Of a stretch of DNA of 57,851 bases, positions 39,726-48,302 are shown in pieces. The stretch spans positions 1-57,851 of the IMG/VR virus record IMGVR_UViG_3300044568_003733; one strand, given 5' to 3'. The notes under the pieces were generated by a model. That model was not told where the DNA came from. It searched no databases and saw nothing but the letters and a program-made list of their open reading frames with translations. This DNA comes from a virus. Its lineage: Duplodnaviria; Caudoviricetes. The stretch's first letter is position 1, and the number at the start of each line of letters is the position of its first letter. The position numbers and the translations under genes are program-made.

Positions 39726-41957
39726 ATGGCATTTGAGGATTTATTAAAAGATAGTTCTTTTCCTTTAGATAATAAAAATTATTTTAATTTAACTATAACT
39801 GATTTAAATATAAGTACATTATTTCCACTTCAATTTAGATGGAAATATGAAGATGGATCTTTTGGCCCATGGTCCGCAGTTAAATCAATTACAACCCCTG
39901 GCGAATCTTTTCCTAATGTTCCGTCTAATTTAACAGTTGTTGGTGGTGCTGGATTCTTAACAGTAACATGGGATGGAAACAATTCAACAGGTGGCGCATT
40001 AACTAATTTTGACCGAGTAGATATTTATATTAATGGATCTCCATTTAATTCCAGCAAACCTGCAGATTCGTTTTTTGCATCAGGAACAAAAACAATTACA
40101 GCTCCAGCGGGCACCTATATAGTATCATCATATGCAGTATCAAAAGCTGGTACATTATCAGCAATGAGTACAGCAGTTACAAGAACTGTTACTGCTGTTG
40201 GGGAAACTATTGCATCACCAACTCTTCCTAGCGGAATATCTGTTGCAACAGCCCCGTTTGCTGTATCAGTAACATGGCCAGGAACTTATTCAACTTCATC
40301 ATTTACAGGATTTAAATCAATTGATATATATGCAGTATCTTCGGACCTTGGATCAACAACTACTAGCGGAATATCTGGATCTAACTTAGTAGGAAGTTTA
40401 ACAGTACAAGACACTCCAAATAAAATTAATATAGGCCTAGACAATTTAAGACAGGCTTTGGGTCTTTCAACTAATGCTGATGTTTATACAACAAGCATAT
40501 TTTATTATTTTAATTCTTCAAATAAAAATGGAGACAAATTTGGTTCTCCAACCTACACTAGAATAAATTCTAGTTCAATTATTCCAACAAAAGCAAACTT
40601 TGTAGATATTGCAAGTGGAGTAATATCAATTGAAAATTTAGTTGCAGGTAACGGATCATTCTCATCATGGCTTAGAACTGGAACTGCTGGCGGAGCAAGA
40701 ATAGAATTAAGTGCTGTATCTGATTTTACCAATGGTGGCAATACCGTACAAAAAGGTTTAGTTGCGTATTCTAGTGGAAATACAGAATTATTTAATTTAG
40801 ATTTAGATGCATCAACATTAACCATAAATGGAAGTGGAACATTTACAGGTAACCTTTCTATAGGATCATCCAATGCCATATTTAAAGCAGAACCAGCAAC
40901 TGGAATATGGTTAGGAAATGCAACATATGCATCAGCACCGTTTAGTGTATCTGTAAATGGAGTTATAAAAGCAAATTCTGGAACTATAGGTGGCTGGACA
41001 CTTGGCGATACATACTTACAAGGAAGCAACTTTGAAATAAATAGCTCTAGTTCAACAATATTTGTAGGACCAACAAGTGGACAGCATATTAGAATGAGTG
41101 CATCTGGTGGAATAGCAACATATAATGGTGGAACCCAAACTGGAGGTTTTAATTTATCTACAAGTGGTAATTTAACTTTATCAGGAACTTTAACGGCGGC
41201 TAGCGGATCATCTATTGGTGGCTGGACAACAGGCTCTACAACAATTACTGGTGGATCAACAACATTAAATTCTAATGGAACAATTACATTATCTGGAACA
41301 TACCCTCTTACAATTACAAATACCTTAAGATATTCAAGTCCTAGTTTAACTTGGGGACCAACATCTTCCCCAACTTTTGAAATATATCAGTTTGCTGGTG
41401 GTGGAGGCTCAGTAATAGCAGCAAGTGAGTATTTGTTTATAAGTGCTGCAACTAGAATAGAAGCAAACCAGCTTTTAATTCAACCGTCAGGCTCAATTTC
41501 AACTCCTGGAAGTGCAACTTTTGGCTTCCCTGATGGATTCAAATTTGAGTTTTTATCGTCAAGCGGAAATGTGCGAGTTGCTCAAACTTATAATAATGAC
41601 ATGGGAGGAACCACTCGTGCAATGCGTGTTAGTACAGCTGGAATGTACGGCTATGTTTCATCAACTCGTAGACGCAAAGAGCAAATTGATAATTATTCAA
41701 TAAACTCACAAGCGCTTTTAAGTTTACCAGTTAGAAAATTTAAATACATAGATGATGAAACAGACATTCAACAATATGGTTTTATTGCTGAAGAGGCACA
41801 AGAACTAGGACTTGATGAATTAATTCAATACGACTCGACAGGAATTCCTGACTATTTTGCTTACGAAACATTGCCTATATTTTTACTACAGATTATTCAA
41901 GAACAAGATGCAAGCATAAAATCACTTGAGGCAAGACTTGACGCCCTTGAAGGATAA
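39726..41957 (+). CDS. Tail fibre/spike with FN3-like domains and C-terminal intramolecular chaperone (peptidase S74-like)
   Basis: GTIGGW repeats; SSTRRRKEQI, F.Y, GFIAEE; terminal coiled coil. Confidence 0.8.
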   Translation: MAFEDLLKDSSFPLDNKNYFNLTITDLNISTLFPLQFRWKYEDGSFGPWSAVKSITTPGESFPNVPSNLTVVGGAGFLTVTWDGNNSTGGALTNFDRVDIYINGSPFNSSKPADSFFASGTKTITAPAGTYIVSSYAVSKAGTLSAMSTAVTRTVTAVGETIASPTLPSGISVATAPFAVSVTWPGTYSTSSFTGFKSIDIYAVSSDLGSTTTSGISGSNLVGSLTVQDTPNKINIGLDNLRQALGLSTNADVYTTSIFYYFNSSNKNGDKFGSPTYTRINSSSIIPTKANFVDIASGVISIENLVAGNGSFSSWLRTGTAGGARIELSAVSDFTNGGNTVQKGLVAYSSGNTELFNLDLDASTLTINGSGTFTGNLSIGSSNAIFKAEPATGIWLGNATYASAPFSVSVNGVIKANSGTIGGWTLGDTYLQGSNFEINSSSSTIFVGPTSGQHIRMSASGGIATYNGGTQTGGFNLSTSGNLTLSGTLTAASGSSIGGWTTGSTTITGGSTTLNSNGTITLSGTYPLTITNTLRYSSPSLTWGPTSSPTFEIYQFAGGGGSVIAASEYLFISAATRIEANQLLIQPSGSISTPGSATFGFPDGFKFEFLSSSGNVRVAQTYNNDMGGTTRAMRVSTAGMYGYVSSTRRRKEQIDNYSINSQALLSLPVRKFKYIDDETDIQQYGFIAEEAQELGLDELIQYDSTGIPDYFAYETLPIFLLQIIQEQDASIKSLEARLDALEG

Positions 41958-41989
41958 TGGTATCCTTTAGACCTAACAGATAGGATTAT

Positions 41990-42142
41990 ATGGAAAAGGC
42001 CGAATTGGTTATAACCGCCCTACAGCAACGCATAGGAGAAATTGTATCAAATTATGAAACTCAAATTGCAATTCTACGGGCAGAAATTACTCAACTTATG
42101 GAAAAAAATGATAAGAAAGAAACAGCCACAGACAATAACTAG
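41990..42142 (+). CDS. 50-aa coiled-coil protein (not in the track)
   Basis: MEKAELVITALQQRIGEIVSNYETQIAILRAEITQL...; AGGA SD. Confidence 0.65.
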   Translation: MEKAELVITALQQRIGEIVSNYETQIAILRAEITQLMEKNDKKETATDNN

Positions 42143-42497
42143 TCCAGTAATTATACCCTCTGGCCTAGCGGTTAAAACAGACAAAGGTATATATTGGGTT
42201 AAAGATAATAAAAGATTTAAATTGATATCTGATCGTGCTGCAAAATCGTGGGCATTTACAACAGTGTTGGCTACTGAGCAAGCAATAGCTTCTATGAAAA
42301 TTGTAGGAAAACTAGGATTTAGAGACGGAACCTTGATAAAGAACATATCAGATGGTAAAATGTATTTAGTATCACAAAACAAACGTAGGCATATTGTAGA
42401 CCCAGATTCATTTTTAAAGTACGGCCTTGATCGATCAAGGGTAGTAGAAGTAAGCGAATCTGAAATTAATATGCATGATTTAGGAGATAATTTATAA
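42108..42497 (+). CDS. Hypothetical protein with two internal repeats
   Basis: GLAVKT..GIYWVKDNKRF and GTLIKN..GKMYLVSQNKRR; likely start at ATG 42108. Confidence 0.6.
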   Translation: MIRKKQPQTITSPVIIPSGLAVKTDKGIYWVKDNKRFKLISDRAAKSWAFTTVLATEQAIASMKIVGKLGFRDGTLIKNISDGKMYLVSQNKRRHIVDPDSFLKYGLDRSRVVEVSESEINMHDLGDNL

Positions 42498-42913
42498 TGG
42501 CATATTCATCAGTTGTATTTAATGAGGGCGAACCATTAGATCCAGTAAAACTTAATCAACTACAATTAAATTTATCAGATGTATATAAAACATCCAGTTC
42601 TCTATATAATGCTACTTTAAATGATCAGGGTTCCGCCTCAGTCCCAGTTGTGTATTCAGGACAAAGGACATGGAAAACTACTTTAAAGGCGGGAACAAGA
42701 TATCAATCATCAGGAGTCACATTACCACAGTCATTCGACTTTAGTTCTCCAATATATACAACAGCTTCGGTAGCACAACAATTACCAGCATCAACACAGA
42801 TATCCGTCTCTTGTTACATATCCAGTAACACCCTACTTGTCGATGTTATTTCAAATAAAGATCTACCAGGACTAATTGTTCATTTTACAGCAACTCAACA
42901 AAAATCAGTTTAG
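42497..42913 (+). CDS. Small virion/fibre-like protein
   Basis: F..GEPL...KLNQL N-terminus, beta-rich C-terminus; AGGAG SD. Confidence 0.5.
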   Translation: MAYSSVVFNEGEPLDPVKLNQLQLNLSDVYKTSSSLYNATLNDQGSASVPVVYSGQRTWKTTLKAGTRYQSSGVTLPQSFDFSSPIYTTASVAQQLPASTQISVSCYISSNTLLVDVISNKDLPGLIVHFTATQQKSV

Positions 42914-42916
42914 TGC

Positions 42917-42944
42917 TTGACAGAATATAGCAATATGCTACAAT
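42917..42944 (+). promoter_or_regulatory. Strong SigA-type promoter for the replication module
   Basis: TTGACA-16 nt-TACAAT with TGn extension. Confidence 0.7.
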
Positions 42945-42958
42945 TTTGTTGTAGCCCC

Positions 42959-42984
42959 AAAAGTCACGACTTCGTGACTTTTTT
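42959..42984 (+). terminator. Terminator-like hairpin, possibly bidirectional
   Basis: AAAAGTCACG-ACTT-CGTGACTTTT followed by TT. Confidence 0.65.
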
Positions 42985-43002
42985 AGTATAAGGGATTAAT
43001 GA

Positions 43003-43818
43003 ATGTCAAACGATTTAAAGTGGATGTTGTCGTCAGATCAACAGTTTCCATACCAAGATAATAAAATGATAGAGCTTTGGTTTAAGGTAATGAAATGGTT
43101 TAAGCCAGATGTTGTTGACTATCTCGGAGACACAGATGATCAGGCTTGTTATAGCAGATTTACTGAGGGAAAGCCCACAGAATTTTTAAAAGCATACAAA
43201 AACGATGACGTAACAAATGATTTAGAGTTAATGCTAAAGGACATGAAGTTTGAAGCAAGCGGGGCTCGTGAGTTTTACATAAGAACCAGAAAGATGCTTC
43301 CAAATGCACAACTGTTTTCGGCTTTAGGAAATCATGATATTAGAATATTTGATTATTTAGATAAAAAAATTCCAGAATATGCTAAGCATGTAACGCCAGA
43401 AGCTTTATGGAATTTAGATTCATTAGGATATGACTACATTTATTATAACGAATTGCCTAAGCGCCGCTTTGGAGACATCCACGTACACCATGGAATGTCA
43501 ATTGCAGCCACAGGATCTGCTAGAAAAGATATGGAAGACATGCAAGTTTCTTTAATTAGAGGGCATTCTCATAGAATTGCTTCGCATATGGTTACTTATG
43601 AACTTAGAAATAAAGGCAAAGGAGAAACTTTGCGTGGATATGAAATTGGACATATGTGTGATGAAAAGGGTCCAGGAATGAAATACACACAGCATCATGA
43701 TTGGCAAAAGGGTTTTGCTATTGCTCATATTGAAAACGGTAAATATCCACATATAAACATGATTCATGTTTCTCCAGACTATACCTGCGTTGTTGATGGA
43801 AAGATTTTCTCTCTATAA
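43003..43818 (+). CDS. Calcineurin-like metallophosphoesterase
   Basis: SDxQ, GDxxD, GNHD, HG, GHSH motifs. Confidence 0.85.
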   Translation: MSNDLKWMLSSDQQFPYQDNKMIELWFKVMKWFKPDVVDYLGDTDDQACYSRFTEGKPTEFLKAYKNDDVTNDLELMLKDMKFEASGAREFYIRTRKMLPNAQLFSALGNHDIRIFDYLDKKIPEYAKHVTPEALWNLDSLGYDYIYYNELPKRRFGDIHVHHGMSIAATGSARKDMEDMQVSLIRGHSHRIASHMVTYELRNKGKGETLRGYEIGHMCDEKGPGMKYTQHHDWQKGFAIAHIENGKYPHINMIHVSPDYTCVVDGKIFSL

Positions 43819-44003
43819 TGTGGTGTCAAAAATGTGGTGGTAGAGTGTTTATTGATAGGGTATTTTCACAAAAATTACACATGGAACTATTTTGTATAAT
43901 GTGTGGAAAAAGATGGATGATTGATAAAGAGACGAGTAGACTGGGTAAATGGTTAAAGGCAAAAGAAAAGGAACACGAAAAAAACTTCTCTATTTCTTCT
44001 TAA
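43818..44003 (+). CDS. Zinc-ribbon protein
   Basis: CQKC...CIMCG. Confidence 0.7.
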   Translation: MWCQKCGGRVFIDRVFSQKLHMELFCIMCGKRWMIDKETSRLGKWLKAKEKEHEKNFSISS

Positions 44004-44428
44004 ATAATAAGATACATAAGGTTATTAGGTTATCTAGAGCTAAAGATGAATTGGTGGCTTGGTGCTATCCAGATAAAAAAAGAGTTCTCTATTCATACTC
44101 TCAAGTTCAAAAATATAAAGAGAGCGCTTATTCTATTAAAGAAGCTGGGCTATTACTAAACAAACATAAAGTAACGATTGAAGAATATATACTTAATGGA
44201 AAAATAAAAGTTCCTCAAAGGGTGTATCCTATTAGTAATCCAGACAGCCCTTGGTTTAAATTTATGCTTAGCGAATCGGACATATTGGACATTCATCAAT
44301 ATATTCTAGACGTAGGGTATAGCAAAGATGTTCCGTCTAAAGCAGAGTTAACAGCTCTTTTCAAACACAACATTATATTGTATACTAAGACCGACTCTGG
44401 ATTTGTACCAGTATGGAAGGCGGAGTAA
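43949..44428 (+). CDS. HTH DNA-binding protein (MerR/excisionase-like)
   Basis: YSIKEAGLLLNKHKVTIEEYILNGKI. Confidence 0.65.
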   Translation: MVKGKRKGTRKKLLYFFLNNKIHKVIRLSRAKDELVAWCYPDKKRVLYSYSQVQKYKESAYSIKEAGLLLNKHKVTIEEYILNGKIKVPQRVYPISNPDSPWFKFMLSESDILDIHQYILDVGYSKDVPSKAELTALFKHNIILYTKTDSGFVPVWKAE

Positions 44429-44535
44429 TGTCAAATCGAATCGTTAAATGTTCGATATGTGATAAAGAGATAGAGGTTCGTTGGGCCATATTTGCCAGCG
44501 ACACTTTAAATAGACATATGAAGGAGCACAAGTAA
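44428..44535 (+). CDS. 35-aa C2H2 zinc-finger microprotein (not in the track)
   Basis: MSNRIVKCSICDKEIEVRWAIFASDTLNRHMKEHK; TAATG coupling at both ends. Confidence 0.65.
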   Translation: MSNRIVKCSICDKEIEVRWAIFASDTLNRHMKEHK

Positions 44536-44741
44536 TGGCGGAAACAAGGGTCAAGGTTGATTTATCTTTTACAAGAAACTTAGGAAATTATGAAAGCATT
44601 AGAATTGGTGTAGGCATTGAAGATGATGTTCGACATGGAGAAACGGCAGCCTCTGCTACCGAAAGAGTATACAAGTTTGTAGAAGATAAACTTATTGAAA
44701 AAACTCGTGAAGTAGAAAAAGAGTTAAATGGTAGAAAATAG
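44535..44741 (+). CDS. Conserved phage hypothetical protein
   Basis: TRNLGNYESIRI; AAGGAG SD. Confidence 0.7.
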   Translation: MAETRVKVDLSFTRNLGNYESIRIGVGIEDDVRHGETAASATERVYKFVEDKLIEKTREVEKELNGRK

Positions 44742-45078
44742 TTTAGAAACTTTACAAGCTGATAAAAATAAACAGCCATATATTATGCTTTGGAAATACG
44801 AAAAGTTGTACGAAGAAAAGTATGGCAAAAAACCAATGGTAAATAAATATAGAGATAAATTAGCAATGAAGGATGTAATTGATAGTGTTGGCTTTGAAAG
44901 AGGGATGGATCTTTTAGAATATTATTTTAAGACTTCAAAGTATGGCCACCCACTCATATTCTTTTTGTATCATTTTGATAGAATGGACCGTGCAGAAAAA
45001 GAATTAAGTAAAGATAAAAAAAATCGTAAATTATTAAGAGAAGCAACAAAAAAATTAGTTGAAGAAGGAGAAGAATGA
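44728..45078 (+). CDS. Hypothetical protein before the helicase
   Basis: Coupled ORF; function not recognisable. Confidence 0.6.
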   Translation: MVENSLETLQADKNKQPYIMLWKYEKLYEEKYGKKPMVNKYRDKLAMKDVIDSVGFERGMDLLEYYFKTSKYGHPLIFFLYHFDRMDRAEKELSKDKKNRKLLREATKKLVEEGEE

Positions 45079-46331
45079 ATACAGAAGCAACCTTAATATC
45101 TGCTGTATGTAAGAATAAAGACATCAGCACCCTTCTTGCAGATAACGTAGATGATTTATTTACCTCGCATAGAGATATATGGGAGGGGCTAAAGTCTTAT
45201 TACTATAAGTTTAAAGCAGTTCCAGAAGTAGGAATTTTACAGGAAAAGTTTAAAGATTTTGACCCAGATCCAAATGCAAAGGCTGAGACTGGGTATTATT
45301 TAGACAGATTAAAAAATGAATTTTTATCTAGTAAATTAAAATCAATTATTATTAGAAGTGGTTCTAGTTTAAAAGAAGATGCTGCATCAAGGGTATTGGC
45401 TCAAATGCAAAGCGAGCTTGCCACATTAAGCAGATATACAAACAATGTAAGAGACTTAGATATTACAGATGCTGAATCTGCAGCAAGACACTTTGAGGCC
45501 GTTAAGAATAGATCTGCAGCAATGGGTGGGGCCCCAGGAATTATTACAGGGTTTGATGCTATTGATAAAGCATATCCAACTGGCATGGCTCCAGGACATT
45601 TAATTGTTGCTATTGGTTGGCCAGGAAAAGGTAAGACTTGGTTTACATCATATCTGGCATGTAAAGCTTGGGAGCAAGGATTTAGACCTATGATAGTATC
45701 CCTTGAAATGTCTCCAGAAAATATGCGTGATCGTATATATACAATGCTTGGCTCTGGAGTATTTCGTGCCAGTGATTTATCTAAAGGAGATATTAATATT
45801 GATGACTTTAGATCATGGAGCAAGAAGAAGTTTGATCAAAAAAATAGTTTTATTTTAGTTTCTAATGAAGGTAACACCGAAGTTACCCCCGCAACAATTC
45901 AAGGAAAAATTGATCAGCATAAGCCAGACCTAGTAATTTTAGATTATCATCAGTTATTTAATGATAACAAGCGAAGCAATTCAGAAGTAGAAAGAAATAG
46001 AAATATATCTCGTGAATTTAAATTGCTTGCTGTTTCAAACAATATTCCGATTATCGATATTACCGCTGCTACAGCAGATGATATTTCAGATCAAGATAAT
46101 CCGCCAATGATGAGTCAGGTAGCTTGGTCAAAGGCAATTGAATACGATGCAGATATGGCTATGGCTATTCACAGATATCCAGGAACCAATATGATTGAAG
46201 TGGTTTCAAGGAAGAATCGTCACGGACATGAATTTGATTTCTATTTAGATTGGGATATCAATAGGGGTATCGTAAAAGAAATATACGAGAATTTGCCAGA
46301 GTTAAATAGTGACGCACAAAAGAATAAATAG
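45075..46331 (+). CDS. dnaB: DnaB-like replicative helicase
   Basis: GWPGKGKT, SLEM, VILDY, IEYDAD, KNRHG. Confidence 0.92.
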   Translation: MNTEATLISAVCKNKDISTLLADNVDDLFTSHRDIWEGLKSYYYKFKAVPEVGILQEKFKDFDPDPNAKAETGYYLDRLKNEFLSSKLKSIIIRSGSSLKEDAASRVLAQMQSELATLSRYTNNVRDLDITDAESAARHFEAVKNRSAAMGGAPGIITGFDAIDKAYPTGMAPGHLIVAIGWPGKGKTWFTSYLACKAWEQGFRPMIVSLEMSPENMRDRIYTMLGSGVFRASDLSKGDINIDDFRSWSKKKFDQKNSFILVSNEGNTEVTPATIQGKIDQHKPDLVILDYHQLFNDNKRSNSEVERNRNISREFKLLAVSNNIPIIDITAATADDISDQDNPPMMSQVAWSKAIEYDADMAMAIHRYPGTNMIEVVSRKNRHGHEFDFYLDWDINRGIVKEIYENLPELNSDAQKNK

Positions 46332-46608
46332 ATTTCAAATATCGGTAGAATTTAAAGATGATTCAGATATGATTAGAGTAAAGAATCAGTATGAAAATCT
46401 TTTAACTCATGACATGAGGTCAAAAGGATATGCCAGAATCCTTGACATAGACACTGCTTTTTCGGTAGAATTTACTGGTGAGACATGGAGGTTTTTAATG
46501 ACCTTACATGGAGTGTATGTGGGAAGGAGGAAGGCATGGCTATCAGAGGGCATAACTCAAGGAAAATTGATACAACGAAATATACCCCAGAACACATTAA
46601 GTCAATAG
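46309..46608 (+). CDS. Hypothetical protein between helicase and primase
   Basis: GTG-start ORF that fills the gap and overlaps both neighbours. Confidence 0.6.
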   Translation: MTHKRINRFQISVEFKDDSDMIRVKNQYENLLTHDMRSKGYARILDIDTAFSVEFTGETWRFLMTLHGVYVGRRKAWLSEGITQGKLIQRNIPQNTLSQ

Positions 46609-47531
46609 TTAAAAGCTTAGGCTTAGAAATAACTGGAGAAACCTCAAATGATTTTCTATGCTATTGTCCATTCCACTCAAATAGGCATACTGCAAGTTTT
46701 AGCGTAAGTAGAGAAATTGGTGCTTTTATATGTTTTAATCCAGCCTGCGGAGAATCTGGCACACTTAATGAATTAGTTAAAAAGATATTAAATAAAAACG
46801 AATATGAGGCTATTAGATTTATTTCTGCTAAAGAGACTGAGTCTTTAAATAATTTTGATGAGGTTATGGCAAGCATGTTTGAAGATAAACCAGAATTTGT
46901 AAAGTTTCCTCAAAATGTTTTAGACAATATGTACAATGAGCTGGGCTCAAATGAAATAGCAAGGGATTATTTTAAATCAAGAAATATAAATGAAGAGTCT
47001 ATGCATTATTTTAAATTAGGATATTCTTCAAAACAAAATATGGTCATAGTCCCAGTACATAGCCCAAATGGGATTCCAGTAGGGCTGGTGGGCAGATCTA
47101 TATCTGAAAAGGTATTTAAAAATAGCACCAATCTTCCAAGAAGTAAAACTATGTTTAATATTCATAGGGCAAAGAAAATTGGTGATCATGTAATAATTGT
47201 AGAGTCCAGCTTTGATGCAATACGTGTGCATCAATCGGGATTTCCAAATGTGGTAGCCACGCTTGGAGGACACATATCTCCAGACAACATTAATCTTCTT
47301 AATAGATACTTTAATAAGATTACTATTATGACAGATGCTGATGAAGCTGGAAGAGTATTAGGTAGAAACATATCTAATAAATTAAAAAACAAAGACATCT
47401 TGTGGGCTTCTTATGAATATGGTAAGATATATCCACACGGTGTAAAAGATGCAGGTGACATGACTGAGGATGAGATACGTTCTTGTATAAAGAATGCGGT
47501 CTCTGATATAGAATACAGATCCTGGAATTAA
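46537..47531 (+). CDS. dnaG: DNA primase (CHC2 zinc finger + TOPRIM)
   Basis: CPFH...CFNPAC, VES.FD, DADEAG, KDAGD; start moved to ATG 46537 after AGGAGG. Confidence 0.9.
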
Positions 47532-47582
47532 TGATATAATGACCGATACAGATGGATATATACCATCACCTAAGGAGAATAA

Positions 47583-48254
47583 ATGAGTATAGTAAAGGGT
47601 CTAAAAGACCTAAACAAAGCGTTGGATAAGCCAACATACAGTGGCGGAGATGAAAATAAAGGTCGCTGGTTTAAAGTTGAAGATGGTGAAAGCGTAAAGA
47701 TTCGCTTCCTTCAAGAGCTTGACCCAGACTCACCTAACTATGATGAAAAAAGAGGATGCGGATTTATCGCATTAGAACATATTAATCCAAAAGACTATAG
47801 AAAAAAGGCTTTGGATACAATGGAAACAGAGGGTCGTGACTGGGCACAAGAGCAACATCGCAAAGACCCAAAGACTGGCTGGAAAGCAAGGACACGTCTT
47901 TATATTAATGTATTAGTTGATGATGGCAAAGAAGAGCCATTCGTAGCAATTCTTTCTCAAGGAACTAGCGGAAAAACAATTACACCTACCCTAATTGAAT
48001 ATGCTGGTGAAATGGGAAGCATTACAAATCTAATGTGGCGTATTAAAAGAAATGGTAGTAAAACAGATACAAGTTATACAATCATTCCTTTAGCAAAAGA
48101 CGAAACCCCATTTGATTTTTCAAGTTTAGAACTATTTGACCTTGAAAAAACTGCGGTTCGTCATGTACCATATGCAGAGCAAGAAGCTTTTTATACGGGC
48201 AGCGGATCACAAGAAGAGTCTCAGTCTGCTACTTCTAGTAGCGTAGACTGGTAA
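47583..48254 (+). CDS. Phage ssDNA-binding protein (gp32/gp2.5-like)
   Basis: GES.KIRFL, YINVLV, IKR.G..TDTSY, acidic tail ending DW; own TGATATAAT promoter and AAGGAG SD. Confidence 0.7.
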   Translation: MSIVKGLKDLNKALDKPTYSGGDENKGRWFKVEDGESVKIRFLQELDPDSPNYDEKRGCGFIALEHINPKDYRKKALDTMETEGRDWAQEQHRKDPKTGWKARTRLYINVLVDDGKEEPFVAILSQGTSGKTITPTLIEYAGEMGSITNLMWRIKRNGSKTDTSYTIIPLAKDETPFDFSSLELFDLEKTAVRHVPYAEQEAFYTGSGSQEESQSATSSSVDW

Positions 48255-48261
48255 ATTGTTG

Positions 48262-48287
48262 GGTGGGGCAAAAGCCCCACCTGCTTT
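48262..48287 (+). terminator. Hairpin / weak terminator after the SSB gene
   Basis: GGTGGGGC-AAAA-GCCCCACC followed by TGCTTT. Confidence 0.6.
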
Positions 48288-48302
48288 AACGGCGGAGATA
48301 AA

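Noticed and set aside
28078-41029. Antisense ORFs within tape measure and tail genes (e.g. 40553-41029 minus)
   Set aside because: Fully nested opposite strong genes and explained by codon bias.
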